From: Proteromonas lacertae
Taxonomy: Eukaryota
DNA length: 64,000 bases
Direction: 5' to 3'
NCBI GenBank assembly: GCA_002245135.1
Contig: NGBS01000881.1
Location: 1 to 64,000, forward strand
Part shown: piece by piece, positions 1-11,597 of the stretch
How the letters are laid out: every line of letters begins with the position of its first letter
Position numbering within the stretch: the first letter of the stretch is position 1
Translations under genes and position numbers: made by a program
The notes under the pieces: generated by a model
Databases searched by the model: none
The model's input: the letters and a program-made list of their open reading frames with translations, nothing else
Told to the model about the DNA's origin: nothing

Positions 1-3000
1 GTATATTAACATCATTCAGTGGCAAATACAATACAACCGAAAGATCAATAACAAGAGGTATTATCCAAGCTGTAGATGAGATTAATAATAGTGGCGGAAT
101 AATAGTAGGAAAATTACAATGTTAATAAGAGATGCACAATCAGAGATAGAAAGATATGTTTATACGCTGAAGAATTCTGTAGACTTTCTGAAGTAAGTGT
201 AGTATTTGGTGGAGGTGGAAATTCATTAATTAGTAGTTCAGTATATGAGATTTTTGAAATAATAAGAAATTATTCTTCTATAATGGTTTAACACCAACAG
301 AATCATGTCCAAAATATACGATGTCAACTCAAATTACTAGTGAACAATTAATGAAAAGTGCTTGGAAATATATATTACCTAATATGAATCATTTATATAT
401 TATTCAAGATGATGAACTATTTAGTTCTCAGTTTTCAAGAAGTATGTTGATATTGAGTGATACTATAAAATTACAAAACATGTTTATAATCTTAGTAGTT
501 TAAATGATTCTTATATTCCAGATGATTTTGATATTGAAAGTTTAGATAAAGATTCAGTTATATTTTTAAGTGTGATTAAAGAAAATAATGTTCAAGCGTT
601 TAATTGGTTGTGTAAACAGAATATAAATATGACAAAAACATATGTTGTATCAATTTCTTTAGATAGATATTTAATGGAATATATCCCTGCAAAATGTCTA
701 GCTGATAGTTATATATTAACTGCCTTTATTAAAGAAATGGGTTTAGAAACATCTGATACAATGACATATAAATCTACAAGTAAATCATTTATTGAAGCGA
801 TGAATGATCGTTATGGTGAAAACTCAATTATTACATCAGAAACTGAGAATGGATATATAAGTGTAACATTATGGTCAAATATAATTACATCTTATACAAA
901 ATCGTTTGATAATGTCAAGATTAGAAGCGCTTTGTATGGTTACTCATCAGTAGGTCCATCAGGAACAATTGAAATGAGTACTGATGGTTTTGCCAATAGA
1001 ATAATATATTTAGTGAAAGTGTCAAATGATCTTAGTTTATCTGTGGTTGATTATGCATCTCAGCCTGAAGCTGCTGATGCTTGGAATGATATATTCCCTG
1101 AGAATGAAGGATATAAATGTGATTGGACAATTGAAACATCTTCATCATCATCAAGGTTATTAGATGAAGAAGATTACACAAGATATAGACCAAAATCATT
1201 AAAGTTAGTATTTTTCCATGATACAACAGGAACTAGAAGTGTAGAAGTAAACTCAATGTTAACGGAATATTCGCTAGTTCAAGAAATAAACACAAATGGA
1301 GGAATAAATGGTTATTTATTAATCCCTGAATTCATATTTGGTAGTAGTTTAGATGAATTTAGTAATTTAACAAGTAGATATATTGATGATGAAGTGGTTT
1401 CTTTCTTTGGTTGTAGTAGTGATAGTTGTAAGATAAATGCCCAAAATACTGCTGATAAAACACATAAACAATGGGTTTCTTATTCACTAACACATGGTGA
1501 TAGTTGTAATGGAAATCATATGGAAAGTGGATTCAACATTGTCACAAAAGTTTCTGTCAGTAGAGTATTATTTACATGAAAATATACCTGATTTGAGCTG
1601 TTTGATATTTGTAGGAGATGATTCAAAATTAATGGATAATTATTTCGATGTAATATATTATTATGTTAGAGAACATTATAAAGACAATAAAAATACTATT
1701 ATAAAATTAGTTATAAATTCTGATAGCATTAATTCTTCAATAGAAGAGGCAATAAAGTCAATTCAGAAAAAGAAAGATGAATACAATAGAGTAGCTGTTC
1801 TATACTTTTTAGAGGGAGAAATTAATAATAGATTCATATCACAATATATTGCTAATGATTTAAATAGTCGTGAAGTGTTAATTATATAAATGAATTATGT
1901 TGAAAATGATTATACAAGTGAAACACTTTCTTCAATTTATGGATCTTATGTTGTTTCATCCTTTAGTAGTTCAATTACCACATCATTTGCACAATCATTT
2001 ATAACTACATCTCAAGGTGCAATTGGTATAAATAAAGATATAAATGAAAGAATAGAAGCAATAAAAGACTCAATAATGTTGTGGGAAGAAATATATAATA
2101 AAGCTGTTGGCAGATTCAAAACAAATAATACCACCACTTAGATATCTCCAACTATCAGCTGTTGGAACAGAAATAAAATCACCATCTGGTAGTGTAAAAG
2201 TGGAAGAATCATTATATGTTTCAAGAAATCTTATATATTTGAGATTAATAGAAATGCCAAGTTTATTCAAGTTTTCCCTGCAAGAGGATCAGAATATGTT
2301 TTTAATGCTGAGCCATATTCAGAAGGATTACCAGATGAATGCAAGTTTTGGTAAAACACAATTATTCCATAAATATAATTCTGTTATTCTAGGAATTGCA
2401 TATTTATTATTTGGTATTTCATTAACATTGAGTATAAGTAGTGTTGTATTTGTAAAGATTCATGAAAGACAAATAGTGATAAAAACGTTGGGAAGAGCAC
2501 ATAATTATAGTTTGGCAGTAGCTTTAATGATACTTTCATTTTCATCAATACCAATTTATCAATACCCATCATCATCAAAATGGTATTTGTGTTTTAAGAG
2601 TAATTGTTTTTGAGTATTGGTGCAAAAAGTGTAATATCTGTTATGTTAGCTACAGAATCAAAATTGTTTAAAAGAGTCTAACAAAACAATCACATATAAA
2701 GAAAACTAAAATATCAATTTTGAGAGTATTATCTTTTTGGGCTAGCTTTATGGTTCTTGAAGTTCTTGTTATACTATTATGGTTTTTAATTGATCCAAAT
2801 GATTATATGGACTGCATTTAACACATCTGAAAGTGATTATTTCAGTGATGTTTATGTAAGAGAATGTTCAATATCAACTCCATTCATTATAATTGAAATG
2901 ATAAGTGACTTTTTGCCTGCTTTAGCATTATTAGTAATGACTAATGTCACTAGACATTTAAACAACACATTCCATGATACATTAGGATTAAATATTTCAT

Positions 3001-3283
3001 CAGTTGTTTGTAATTGTTTTAGGTGGTATAATGGTATTATTAGACTTTTAATATCAATAATGATCCAGATTCAGTATTGTTATTAAGGTCAATGGGTATA
3101 AATTTAACTGCAATTATTATTGTGTTATTACAATATGGAATAAAAGTTGTTAGTGTCTATTTTGATGAAGATGCTAAGAATGTAACATCAAGTGGATCAG
3201 CTGGTGTTACAGGAGGTAGTGCTTCAATAGGAGCAAGCGTTAAATCATCTTCGCTATCTTCTCATGGAACATTGATAGTATGA
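1..3283 (+). CDS. Receptor with two periplasmic-binding-protein type 1 (UrtA/AmiC-like) ectodomains and a class C GPCR-like 7TM region; 5'-truncated by the window and broken by several frameshifts/stops
   Basis: Two copies of the PBP1 N-terminal motif (IIQAVDEINNSGGI near 57-100; LVQEINTNGGINGYLL...VVSFFGCSSDSCK in ORF 572-1579). Hydrophobic helices at 2380-3140 include VTRHLNNTFHD, which resembles the 7tm_3 'R-x-l-p-x-x-F-n-E' motif. Ser/Gly-rich tail. Confidence 0.6.
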
Positions 3284-3473
3284 TGTTTGTATCTAATAAG
3301 ACAAAGACTTTTATTACTCAAACTCAAATGAGTAAAATGAAACATATTCAATAACTAAATATTATCACTTTTTATTATTAAATAATCCTATTATTTTTTG
3401 AATGTGTTTTTATTCAGTTAATAATATTTTTGAGTTTAAAAGAAGAGTATGAAATTAATAATTAACAATTATA

Positions 3474-4263
3474 TTAATTAAATAAATGGTTAGGTGTTGG
3501 TAAATTATATTCTTCCATAATTGCATTGTTATTATTTTGAACAGTATTAATATTAGGAGGAATATAATACGTCTGTTGTTGTGGAATATAATAATACACT
3601 TGCTGAGGCTGTTGTTGTTGCTGCATTTGCTCAATATTACTACTTTTATCGTTTTTATTAAGTAGATTCTCATCAATATCAGTATTCTTTTTGTTAATAT
3701 ACTTTGTATATTTATATGATAAATATACTACTACTACTATAACGATCAACAAAAATATTACTGAAGCAGCAATTATTATTCCTGTTAAGTTGGTATTTGA
3801 AGAATCACTGTAGAATGGAGTAGTTCTTTGTTGAATTTTACTAATTCTCTTACCACTTATAATTGCCACAACCAAAATAGTTTGGATTAACATATAACAT
3901 ATAGAAATTATCAATATAAATTCCATTACAATCTAAAAGGTATGAATCCTTGGTATTATTAAAATTTGTTTTAGTAATTTCTACATTTGACATTGTACAT
4001 ACAAGTTTACTGATCTTTTTCTTTAATTCATTACACTCGTCTTTATCTGGAAAATTAATTAAACCATAAACATTATATGCGCCATCCGACCGTTCAAAAT
4101 TTAAATTGTCTAATATCATAAAACTAGAACCATGATCTTTATATTTCTCTTCTATAACTAAATAATATATATTAATTATACCATCATCATTTAATTTGTC
4201 GATTTCTTTATCTGGAGAGACAAATGATAAACACAGCAAGAAAGAAAAGAAAAAGAAATTCAT
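3474..4263 (-). CDS. Single-pass membrane protein with signal peptide and Gln/Pro/Tyr-rich cytoplasmic tail (ORFs 3850-4263 and 3474-3926 joined by a short intron or frameshift)
   Basis: N-terminal MNFFFFSFLLCLSF; TM GIIIAASVIFLLIVIVVVVYL followed by basic residues; tail QQQQQPQQVYYYIP. Confidence 0.7.
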
Positions 4264-4298
4264 TTAAAAAATATATTCGTTTCAAAACAACAGAAACA

Positions 4299-4436
4299 AT
4301 GTCTTTAATAGCTTATTTGATGCTAATATATTATTCATTCGGATATAAATCTAATCAAGTTCATAGTGTTAGTGAAAGAATGATAGAGAGTATAGATTAT
4401 TAAGATTATTAATTCTTAAATAGATTTTAATTCATC
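4299..4436 (+). pseudogene. 5' part (signal-peptide exon, 34-nt intron 4390-4423, start of exon 2) of the host membrane-protein gene interrupted by the Maverick-like element
   Basis: ATG at 4299 gives MSLIAYLMLIYYSFG... After splicing GT4390-AG4423 and removing the element plus one TSD copy, the frame reads ...MIENFNSSHLK directly into MGKRQ at 19270. Confidence 0.8.
4431..4436 (+). repeat. Left target-site duplication TTCATC
   Basis: Same hexamer directly follows the right TIR at 19254-19259. Confidence 0.88.
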
Positions 4437-4618
4437 ATATATATAATAGAGGAAAAGAAAAACCATGGATAGTTTTAAAATAAACAATTTACAGTAAAAT
4501 CAATGTTTTTAGTTACATTTTATAAACAATTTATATACAATTTGTAAACAATTTTACTAATTTGTAGTCAATTTATGCTGATTTGTAGTCAATTTTAATC
4601 GATTAAACTCTCCAATTT
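4437..4618 (+). repeat. Left terminal inverted repeat
   Basis: ATATATATAATAGAGGAAAAGAAAAACCATGGATAG...GTCAATTTTAATCGATTAAACTCTCCAATTT is the reverse complement, with scattered mismatches, of 19075-19253. Contains ~21-bp internal subrepeats (TTTGTAAACAATTTTACTAA). Confidence 0.93.
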
Positions 4619-4698
4619 TTAAATCATTCTATATATATCATCCGTAAGGTTTTCTGTAGAGATGACTACCCTGCTGGGGGGTAGAACAGCTCACTACA

Positions 4699-4734
4699 TC
4701 TAGAGGTTCACTAAAATCTAGAGGTTCACTAAAA
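4699..4734 (+). repeat. 18-bp tandem repeat x2 (TCTAGAGGTTCACTAAAA) just inside the left TIR
   Basis: Direct reading of 4699-4734. Confidence 0.85.
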
Positions 4735-4985
4735 AATTCTAAAAACTCTATAATTGATTCATCTCACTATAAATCTGTAGAGATGATTAATATACATATT
4801 TTTTTTATATTTTTTTTAATATATTTTGTTAATAATAAAAGATACATCAAAAACATCAAGAAATTCTCAAATGAATCATGATTCATTAAATAATATAATA
4901 ATTTTGATACATAATTGATTTTGCATCTAGAGTTCATTCAGCATTTTCCTGACATTTTCATAAAAAAAATTAATTTTAAAAAATA

Positions 4986-5781
4986 ATGAGTCATCAAGTG
5001 ATATATTTATCAGACACTGATATTGATAGTGATAGTGATAGTAATAGTACTCAAAGTGATAAAGACTTTGAAAATCGATTAAAAAACATCAGTAGCATAC
5101 CTAATTATAAAGTTAGGGATATATGTACCAAATGTGCATTAATGGATCAGTCTAAAGGTATTAAAAGACGTAGAATCAGTATAATTTATTACTCTGATAT
5201 ATATATATAATTTTATTAGGTGCACCAGTAACAGGTCGTCCTTTTAATCCATTTAATCCATATCGATTATATATCAAAATCGATAATCCTAATGATGAAC
5301 CTCCAAAAGCAGAAGAAAAATCACCGATGTATATTTTATATTATTTATATATATATATATTTATTTATAGTTATTCACCAACAACACCAACTGATCATGT
5401 TAATGATTTAATCAATTTAACAGTAGGTGATGAACATCGTGAATCAATGTATACTTTATATATATATTTATTATTTATAGATATTCACCAGTACCACCAC
5501 CATCTTCATCTGATACCTTAACCTACGAAGAAATCAAAAAGCTTCGTAATGAAAGCTTAGTAGGTAAAAGGATCAGAGATGGTAGAAGAAGAGCCAAGGC
5601 AGAAAGAGAAGAGCTCAATTTCAAAGTAGCTAGTGACATGTCACTAGCTATGGACCTCCAGCGTTATTACGACACAATGTTCAAAAAACAAGAGTTAGAA
5701 GAAAAGATGATGAAGAAGCACAGATTAAATCCTAAAGTGTTAAAGAGTATCATCAAGAAGGTATTAAAAGATAAAAACTAA
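4986..5781 (+). CDS. Element-encoded hypothetical protein (226 aa), four exons: 4986-5178, 5220-5328, 5371-5448, 5481-5781
   Basis: Three GT-AG AT-rich introns (41, 42 and 32 nt) give a continuous 681-nt frame ending in TAA. Acidic N-terminus, one CxxC, Pro-rich middle and basic helical C-terminus. Confidence 0.8.
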
Positions 5782-5792
5782 TTAGAAAAAGT

Positions 5793-6431
5793 TGTTGTTC
5801 CCCGTATGGCGGAAATCCCCGTATGGCGGAAATCTATATTGCAGAATGATTCAATCAAAACTAATATGATATTCATGATGTTCGGAGTTAGTTATTAACA
5901 AATATATAGTTAGTTTGTCATATGACCTACATCTGTGATATACTTTTTTATGAACTTCATTATTATCAATATTAAACTAATTTTTGTATATTTTCTATTT
6001 TAATGTATCAGTCACTACTACAGTCTAAAATACATTATCTGATATGAATAGAATACAATAATTTTAATGTTAAGGTAGTAAAAAAGGAAATTAAAGAGTA
6101 GGCTTGAGCGAGGCTTGAACTTATTTTTTCTTTTTTCTTTTTTAACCTCCTTAACATTAAAAATAGTGAATTCTATTCATATCAGATAATGTATTTTAGA
6201 CTGTAGTAGTGACTGATACATTATAATAGAAAATATACAAAAATTAGTTTAATATTGATAATAATGAAGTTCATAAAAAAGTATATCACAGATGTAGGTC
6301 ATATGACAAACTAATTATATATTTGTTAATAACTAACTCCGAACATCATGAATATCATATTAGTTTTGATTGAATCATTCTGCAATATAGATTTCCGCCA
6401 TACGGGGATTTCCGCCATACGGGGAACAACA
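5793..6431. mobile_element. Non-autonomous foldback/MITE element with TGTTG...CAACA ends and 5-bp TSD AAAGT, nested in the Maverick-like element
   Basis: Arms 5793-~6075 and ~6149-6431 are near-perfect reverse complements. AAAGT at 5788-5792 and 6432-6436. Each arm carries a subterminal 17-bp tandem CCCCGTATGGCGGAAAT x2. No ORF. Confidence 0.88.
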
Positions 6432-6629
6432 AAAGTAATGTTATTATTAACACTTTTTACTATTGATTGAATTGTTTTTTGTTATTTCTTTTTTTCTATT
6501 TAAAATAAATAATAATAACATAATCCAATAAAATAAACGAAAATATCAAGTGTTTTTCAACACTATAATTTTCGATAAGATTTTCATTATGAATTTTCTT
6601 TTCATTATTTTTTTTATAAAAAAAGAAAA

Positions 6630-7082
6630 ATGAATTCAAGTGAAGAAAAGTATTGTAATCGATGTAAACATATTAAACCTATAAATGACTTTATGAATGA
6701 AAGAGGTGAAATATCAATTCTTTGTAATAGATGTAAAGAATATAGGAGATATTATCAGACAAAATATAGAAGTAAAAAACAGAATGAAATTAGAAGCATA
6801 TCAGTTGATGCTGATGATAAATTTAAATGTCGTTCTTGTGCTCGTTTCTTTAAAAATAAGTATAGATCAAAAGAAATTGCATTATGTAAAGTGTGTTTTA
6901 AATTCCTATTAAAATACTATAAAAATAGAGATAAATATTTAGGTAAACAAGTATATAGAAATGGTAAAATAAGATGTTTTATATGTAGAAAAATGAAATC
7001 TAAGTTAAAAATACATAAGATTAATATATGTAAGAAATGTATAAGACATCATGAACATAAACTAGAAAAGAAACAAATATAA
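6630..7082 (+). CDS. Basic multi-Cys4 zinc-finger protein (family A; paralogue of 17439-18059 and 18464-18886)
   Basis: Six CxxC motifs; CNRCKHIKPINDF...LCNRCKEYRR, FKCRSC...LCKVCFKF and RCFICRK...ICKKC align with the paralogues. Confidence 0.8.
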   Translation: MNSSEEKYCNRCKHIKPINDFMNERGEISILCNRCKEYRRYYQTKYRSKKQNEIRSISVDADDKFKCRSCARFFKNKYRSKEIALCKVCFKFLLKYYKNRDKYLGKQVYRNGKIRCFICRKMKSKLKIHKINICKKCIRHHEHKLEKKQI

Positions 7083-7424
7083 TAATCATAAAAAATGATA
7101 AATATATATATTATATCATTGTTTTATTCGGGTTATTCTTACAAAATATAAGAGTATTAAGTGCATTTATATATATATATATATATATATGATGAATAAA
7201 TCAACAAATACATCAATAATGAATTCATTGAAAGATGTATCAAGTACAATAAATTCACTTAAAAATGAGATTTATATAGTTTTGATTTTTTAGTTAATCA
7301 TATATAAAGATTATATTTGATGATATTTTAAATGGATTATACTCAACTATGTATGATTAACAAAAATACATAATATAAAGTCAAAACTCGATAGAAGAAT
7401 AAAGTAGTATTAAAAATATGATGA

Positions 7425-10400
7425 TTAATCATTTTTATGTGTTATAATAATCATGTTTTTTAATGTTAATATATTTTCTTTTTTGTATCCATATGGCACT
7501 GTATTGTAATTATCTAAGAATAATCTCTTATCATCATAATATGTTAATCCTGTTTTGTTTTGAAATGTTGTATATACATTATGATGAATTGATTTAATTT
7601 GATAAACTTCATATTTTTGTGTATCTTTAATACCATTTACAAAATCATTATATACATCATAAGTAATTTTTCTTGATACTTTTATGTTTATTCCTTTACA
7701 TCTATTATCTGTTGTATTTTTTTGATTTTCATCATTTACGCATTCTTTTTCATATATATAACACTTTGATTTTAGTCCTATAAACTTTGTTATAACATAT
7801 AGGTTTTTATTATTCTTATCCTGCTCTTCAAATTTTAATCGATTCAATGTACCTGGATGAACTGCTCTATGTATATCTAACTTATAATTATCTAAATAGG
7901 GATTTTTTAAATTACTTCCATCAATCCAATTATTAAATATAGGATCTTCCAAATCTCTAAATATATCTTCAGTTTCGACAGAAAATAATAGACTATCAGT
8001 ATCAGTCATACATAATGTCAACTTATTTGATCCATATTTTTTATCTAATACATCATACCAATATTTCTGCATTTTTAGTTTTGATAACTCTAGAATAACC
8101 ATGCCAATTTGTATAGGCTTATTAATTACATATGCTTTTTTATAAAAGTGAGCTATACGTAAGTCTCCTTCAATAATTATAAAGTCTTTAAACCATGGAT
8201 CACTTGCAGCATTAATCATTTGATCTTCATTAGTAATTAAAGAAATGTTACTTCTCTTTTCAACACGTTCCATAAATTTACCGTACAAACTATTCATTAA
8301 TTTCTTTATATAGTCTGCAGTAGTATTTTGATTGTTTTCTTTTGCTTTTACTCTTTTTTCTACCATTGTATTAATATATTTACCCATATATAGACCTTCA
8401 GTAAATCTCATTATTCTATGTACTTTACTAACTTTATAGCCATGTTCAACTGCAAACTTCAAATTTTGATAGTGTATTACATACTTTTCTTTAGGATATA
8501 AATCAGTTATTAATTTTTCAGTACAATGATAAGTCCCTCTTTCTTTATTTATAATTCCTAAAATTTCGGCTCTTTCAGTTTGTAAGTCGGATAACCATTC
8601 TTTAGGTATTTTCTTCCTTTCAGGTAATAATGGGTATTCTTTAAACTTGTCTTGTAGTTCTATAGGTAATTCTATATCTACTTCTAATATATATCCATAA
8701 TCATTATTTGTAAGTCTGTCTTCATCCATTTCTTCATAATAAGGTAAATCAAGTATAGATTCAAATGATATAGATTCTGGTTCAATAAACTCAAAATCTT
8801 TTAAAGGCATTTTGCAAGATGCCATAACTGAGGGATATAAGGAATTATAATCTTGATATAGTAAATACTTATTTCGCAGAGATTTATCATAATTCTTCAT
8901 AAACTTATTATTAGCTTCTTCTTTACGTTTTCCAATGTATGATAAACCACCATATAAGCCTTTTAAAATAAAATCATAATAACTAGGTTCACAGAACAGT
9001 TGCAGTTCCACATCTGTTACATGCAAGAATAAATCAAGTGATAAACTTGGTAAAGATATATACCAGCATGGATCAATATTAAATGTATTAAATATATTTT
9101 CTCTAAAATCATTAAAAACTGATTGCAATATATAAACATCAATTTGTAGATAAAACAAATTGTATTCTCTTATGTTTTTGAAATTGAATATTTCATTTAC
9201 TTCCATAGCAAATCTATATTCTTCTGGTTTTATTGATTCACCACTTAATTTTGATGTAAAGTCATTTATTGAAAGATCACTAAATTTTTCATCAAATGAT
9301 TCAAGGGATGTCATATGCTCATATGGGAAATAATTCTTTTGAAGTAGATACTTTTCAATTATTTCATCATTAATTTGTTTTCCATTATAATATTTAAAAT
9401 TATCATATATACTTTTGAATTTTATTCTTTTATCATTATTTAATTCTGCTGTGATTTTTAGATCATTTGTTAAATTTGCTAATGAACCAGATAAAAATAA
9501 ATAACTGTCAATGAATATTAAATTTTTATATTCAATGCACTTATAATTTTCATCTGTGTTAGGAATTATATTTATTACAGTTTTACTTTCATTTGCTATC
9601 TTTGCTAATTCTCTGATTATAAAATGTTGATCATACTTCATTGCATTATGAGCAATTACTGGTATTTTTAAATTTTTTATATCTATATTTAACTTTTCCT
9701 TAGAACAAATTGAAGCAATATAGTTACCAGTGAAATGATCATGATGTAAAACCTTTATATGATCAATATTATTAAATTCTTTACTACAAAAATCACATTT
9801 GTTTTTCTGATTATGTATATCTAATGTGACAGGGTTCTTATCATATAGTTTAGGATTAGCTAGTCTGTAGTTATACACCATTAATATTTGATTGTAAATG
9901 TTTATAATATCATCTACAAATTCTTTTTTAATATTATGATCATAATTTGATTTACTCTTAATTATTGTGCAACATTCAATATCAGGAATTTTACTATCAA
10001 CATATATACAATAAGAGTATAATTGATGTCTAGACATAATTGATTTTTCTGTTTTAGTCAACTCTCTTTTATCAATTTCCACATCTGTATTAGTTTTATC
10101 ATCAATATTGTCATTCTTATATCTTTTCATATTTAATTCATTTTCATATGGTTGAAAATATGTTTCTGTATCATAGTATAATGTTACAGGAATCATTTGT
10201 AAATGTGTCCAATGCTTAAATTTAATTGTTGATCTATTTGTATCATGTATACTAGGAAATAATCATAATACATTTTCTTTATCTTGACAATCATGATTAA
10301 CGTGAGTGATATACATATTTAAATCATAGATATAGAATAAACAGTATGGACATACATAAATTAAATTTCTTGATTTTGCATTTATCATTCTTCTAAATAA

Positions 10401-11597
10401 ATCATCTAAAGAGCTTATAGCTACATAATGTGAACCATAATCATTCTTTAATAGTAACAGGTTGACTATTCTATATTTTAATTCTTTACTCTGTTTGGAT
10501 AGATGAATGGGAATAAATGTTTCTTTATTATTATCATTTCTATCTATATCTATGTAAAATATATTTACATTCAATTGATTTCTTTTTTCAAATTCATTTA
10601 TTGATTTATAATCAGTTGCATCTACTGGATAATTAAGCATGTTCCATTCATGTTTCTTTTCAAATGATATGTAGTTTTCAATATGATCTTTGTTATATTT
10701 AAATTTACAACTATATAATGCTGTTAAAACTGCCCACTTAAAGCATTGATTGTCTTCATTCATTAGATTAATAAAGCATTTATATCCTTGATATTTAGGA
10801 GGTAATGGAATAAAGCAACTGCCACGAATTACTCTAAACTTTGTAATATATATTTCAACCGTATTAACTCTAAGAAAAGATAAACCACTTTGTGGATGAT
10901 TTGAATCTTGTTCTTCAGATATTTGATTAAAAATACTCTCTAATATTTGAGTAATTTCTACTTTGCTACTAAACTTTGTTATTTGACATATTCGAGATCT
11001 ACTGTATATAGATATTTCATCTTCTTCACTTTTAGATTCGTCAGGTGTATATATTGATCTAACATTGATGAAAAATTTAATCATTTGCATATCATTTGCC
11101 AAACTTTGTAACGTATCAACAATATCGTAGTTTTTAATAAAATCTGAGTAACATTCTTGAGGTGTTATATATGTTTTATTAAATTGATATAATAATTTTC
11201 TTGTTACTCCTTCTGATGATTTTTGTGATTCTAATGAATTTCTTATTCTGTTGCTAATATTTTGACTTGGTTTAGGAATAGAAGTTTTCATTAATCCTCC
11301 ATATATATTATAAGTATTATCATTATTAATGCTTCTTTTTTTGCTTATTTGAGATGTTACTTGATTTAATGAAGTTGATGATATTTTTCTTTTATTAATG
11401 CTTGTTTCTTGATGATTTAAAACAATTGTTTGGGCTAGAGGAGGTGGAGGTTGTTGTTGAATTACTTCACTATCATTACAACTGTTACCACTATGATGAT
11501 GATAATGATGTTTTTTATGATGCTTTCTTTTCTTTTCATTTAAAGTTGTTTTTATTATTTTCAAAAATGCCTTTAATAACTTTTTTTCTTTTCCCAT
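7425..11597 (-). CDS. polB: Protein-primed family B DNA polymerase of Polinton/Maverick type (~1390 codons) with N-terminal terminal-protein/vOTU-like region; one in-frame TGA at 10263-10265
   Basis: Exo motifs YYDTET, IAHNAMKYD, FIDSYLFL and YLQIDV. Polymerase motifs DYNSLYPSVM, KKLMNSLYGKF, TDTDSL, KSKCY, KGI and DDKR. The N-terminal ORF has the Polinton PolB motifs GSCFIPLP, INLMNEDNQCFKWAV and NLLLL...HYVAI. The two ORFs are in the same frame with 22 open codons between them. Confidence 0.95.

Noticed and set aside
3281..3292. TGTTTGT after a stop codon as the Blastocystis polyadenylation-created-stop motif
   Set aside because: The gene already has a genomic TGA and the motif does not recur clearly at other gene ends, so it is not enough to support the mechanism or the taxon.
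4480..4600. Short iterated repeats as a CRISPR array
   Set aside because: No unique spacers and no cas genes; they are subrepeats inside the TIR of a eukaryotic element.
5327..5521. 64-aa Tyr/Ile-rich ORF
   Set aside because: It reads through introns 2 and 3 of the spliced gene 4986-5781.
7425..10196. Host replicative polymerase (alpha/delta/epsilon/zeta) or a bacterial prophage
   Set aside because: Motif layout is Polinton-type protein-primed PolB, inside TIRs with a TSD and among intron-containing eukaryotic genes.
10263..10265. TGA as evidence of a reassigned genetic code or selenocysteine
   Set aside because: TGA appears to end a gene normally at 3283, Trp is TGG throughout, the position is not a conserved Cys/Trp, and I can identify no SECIS.
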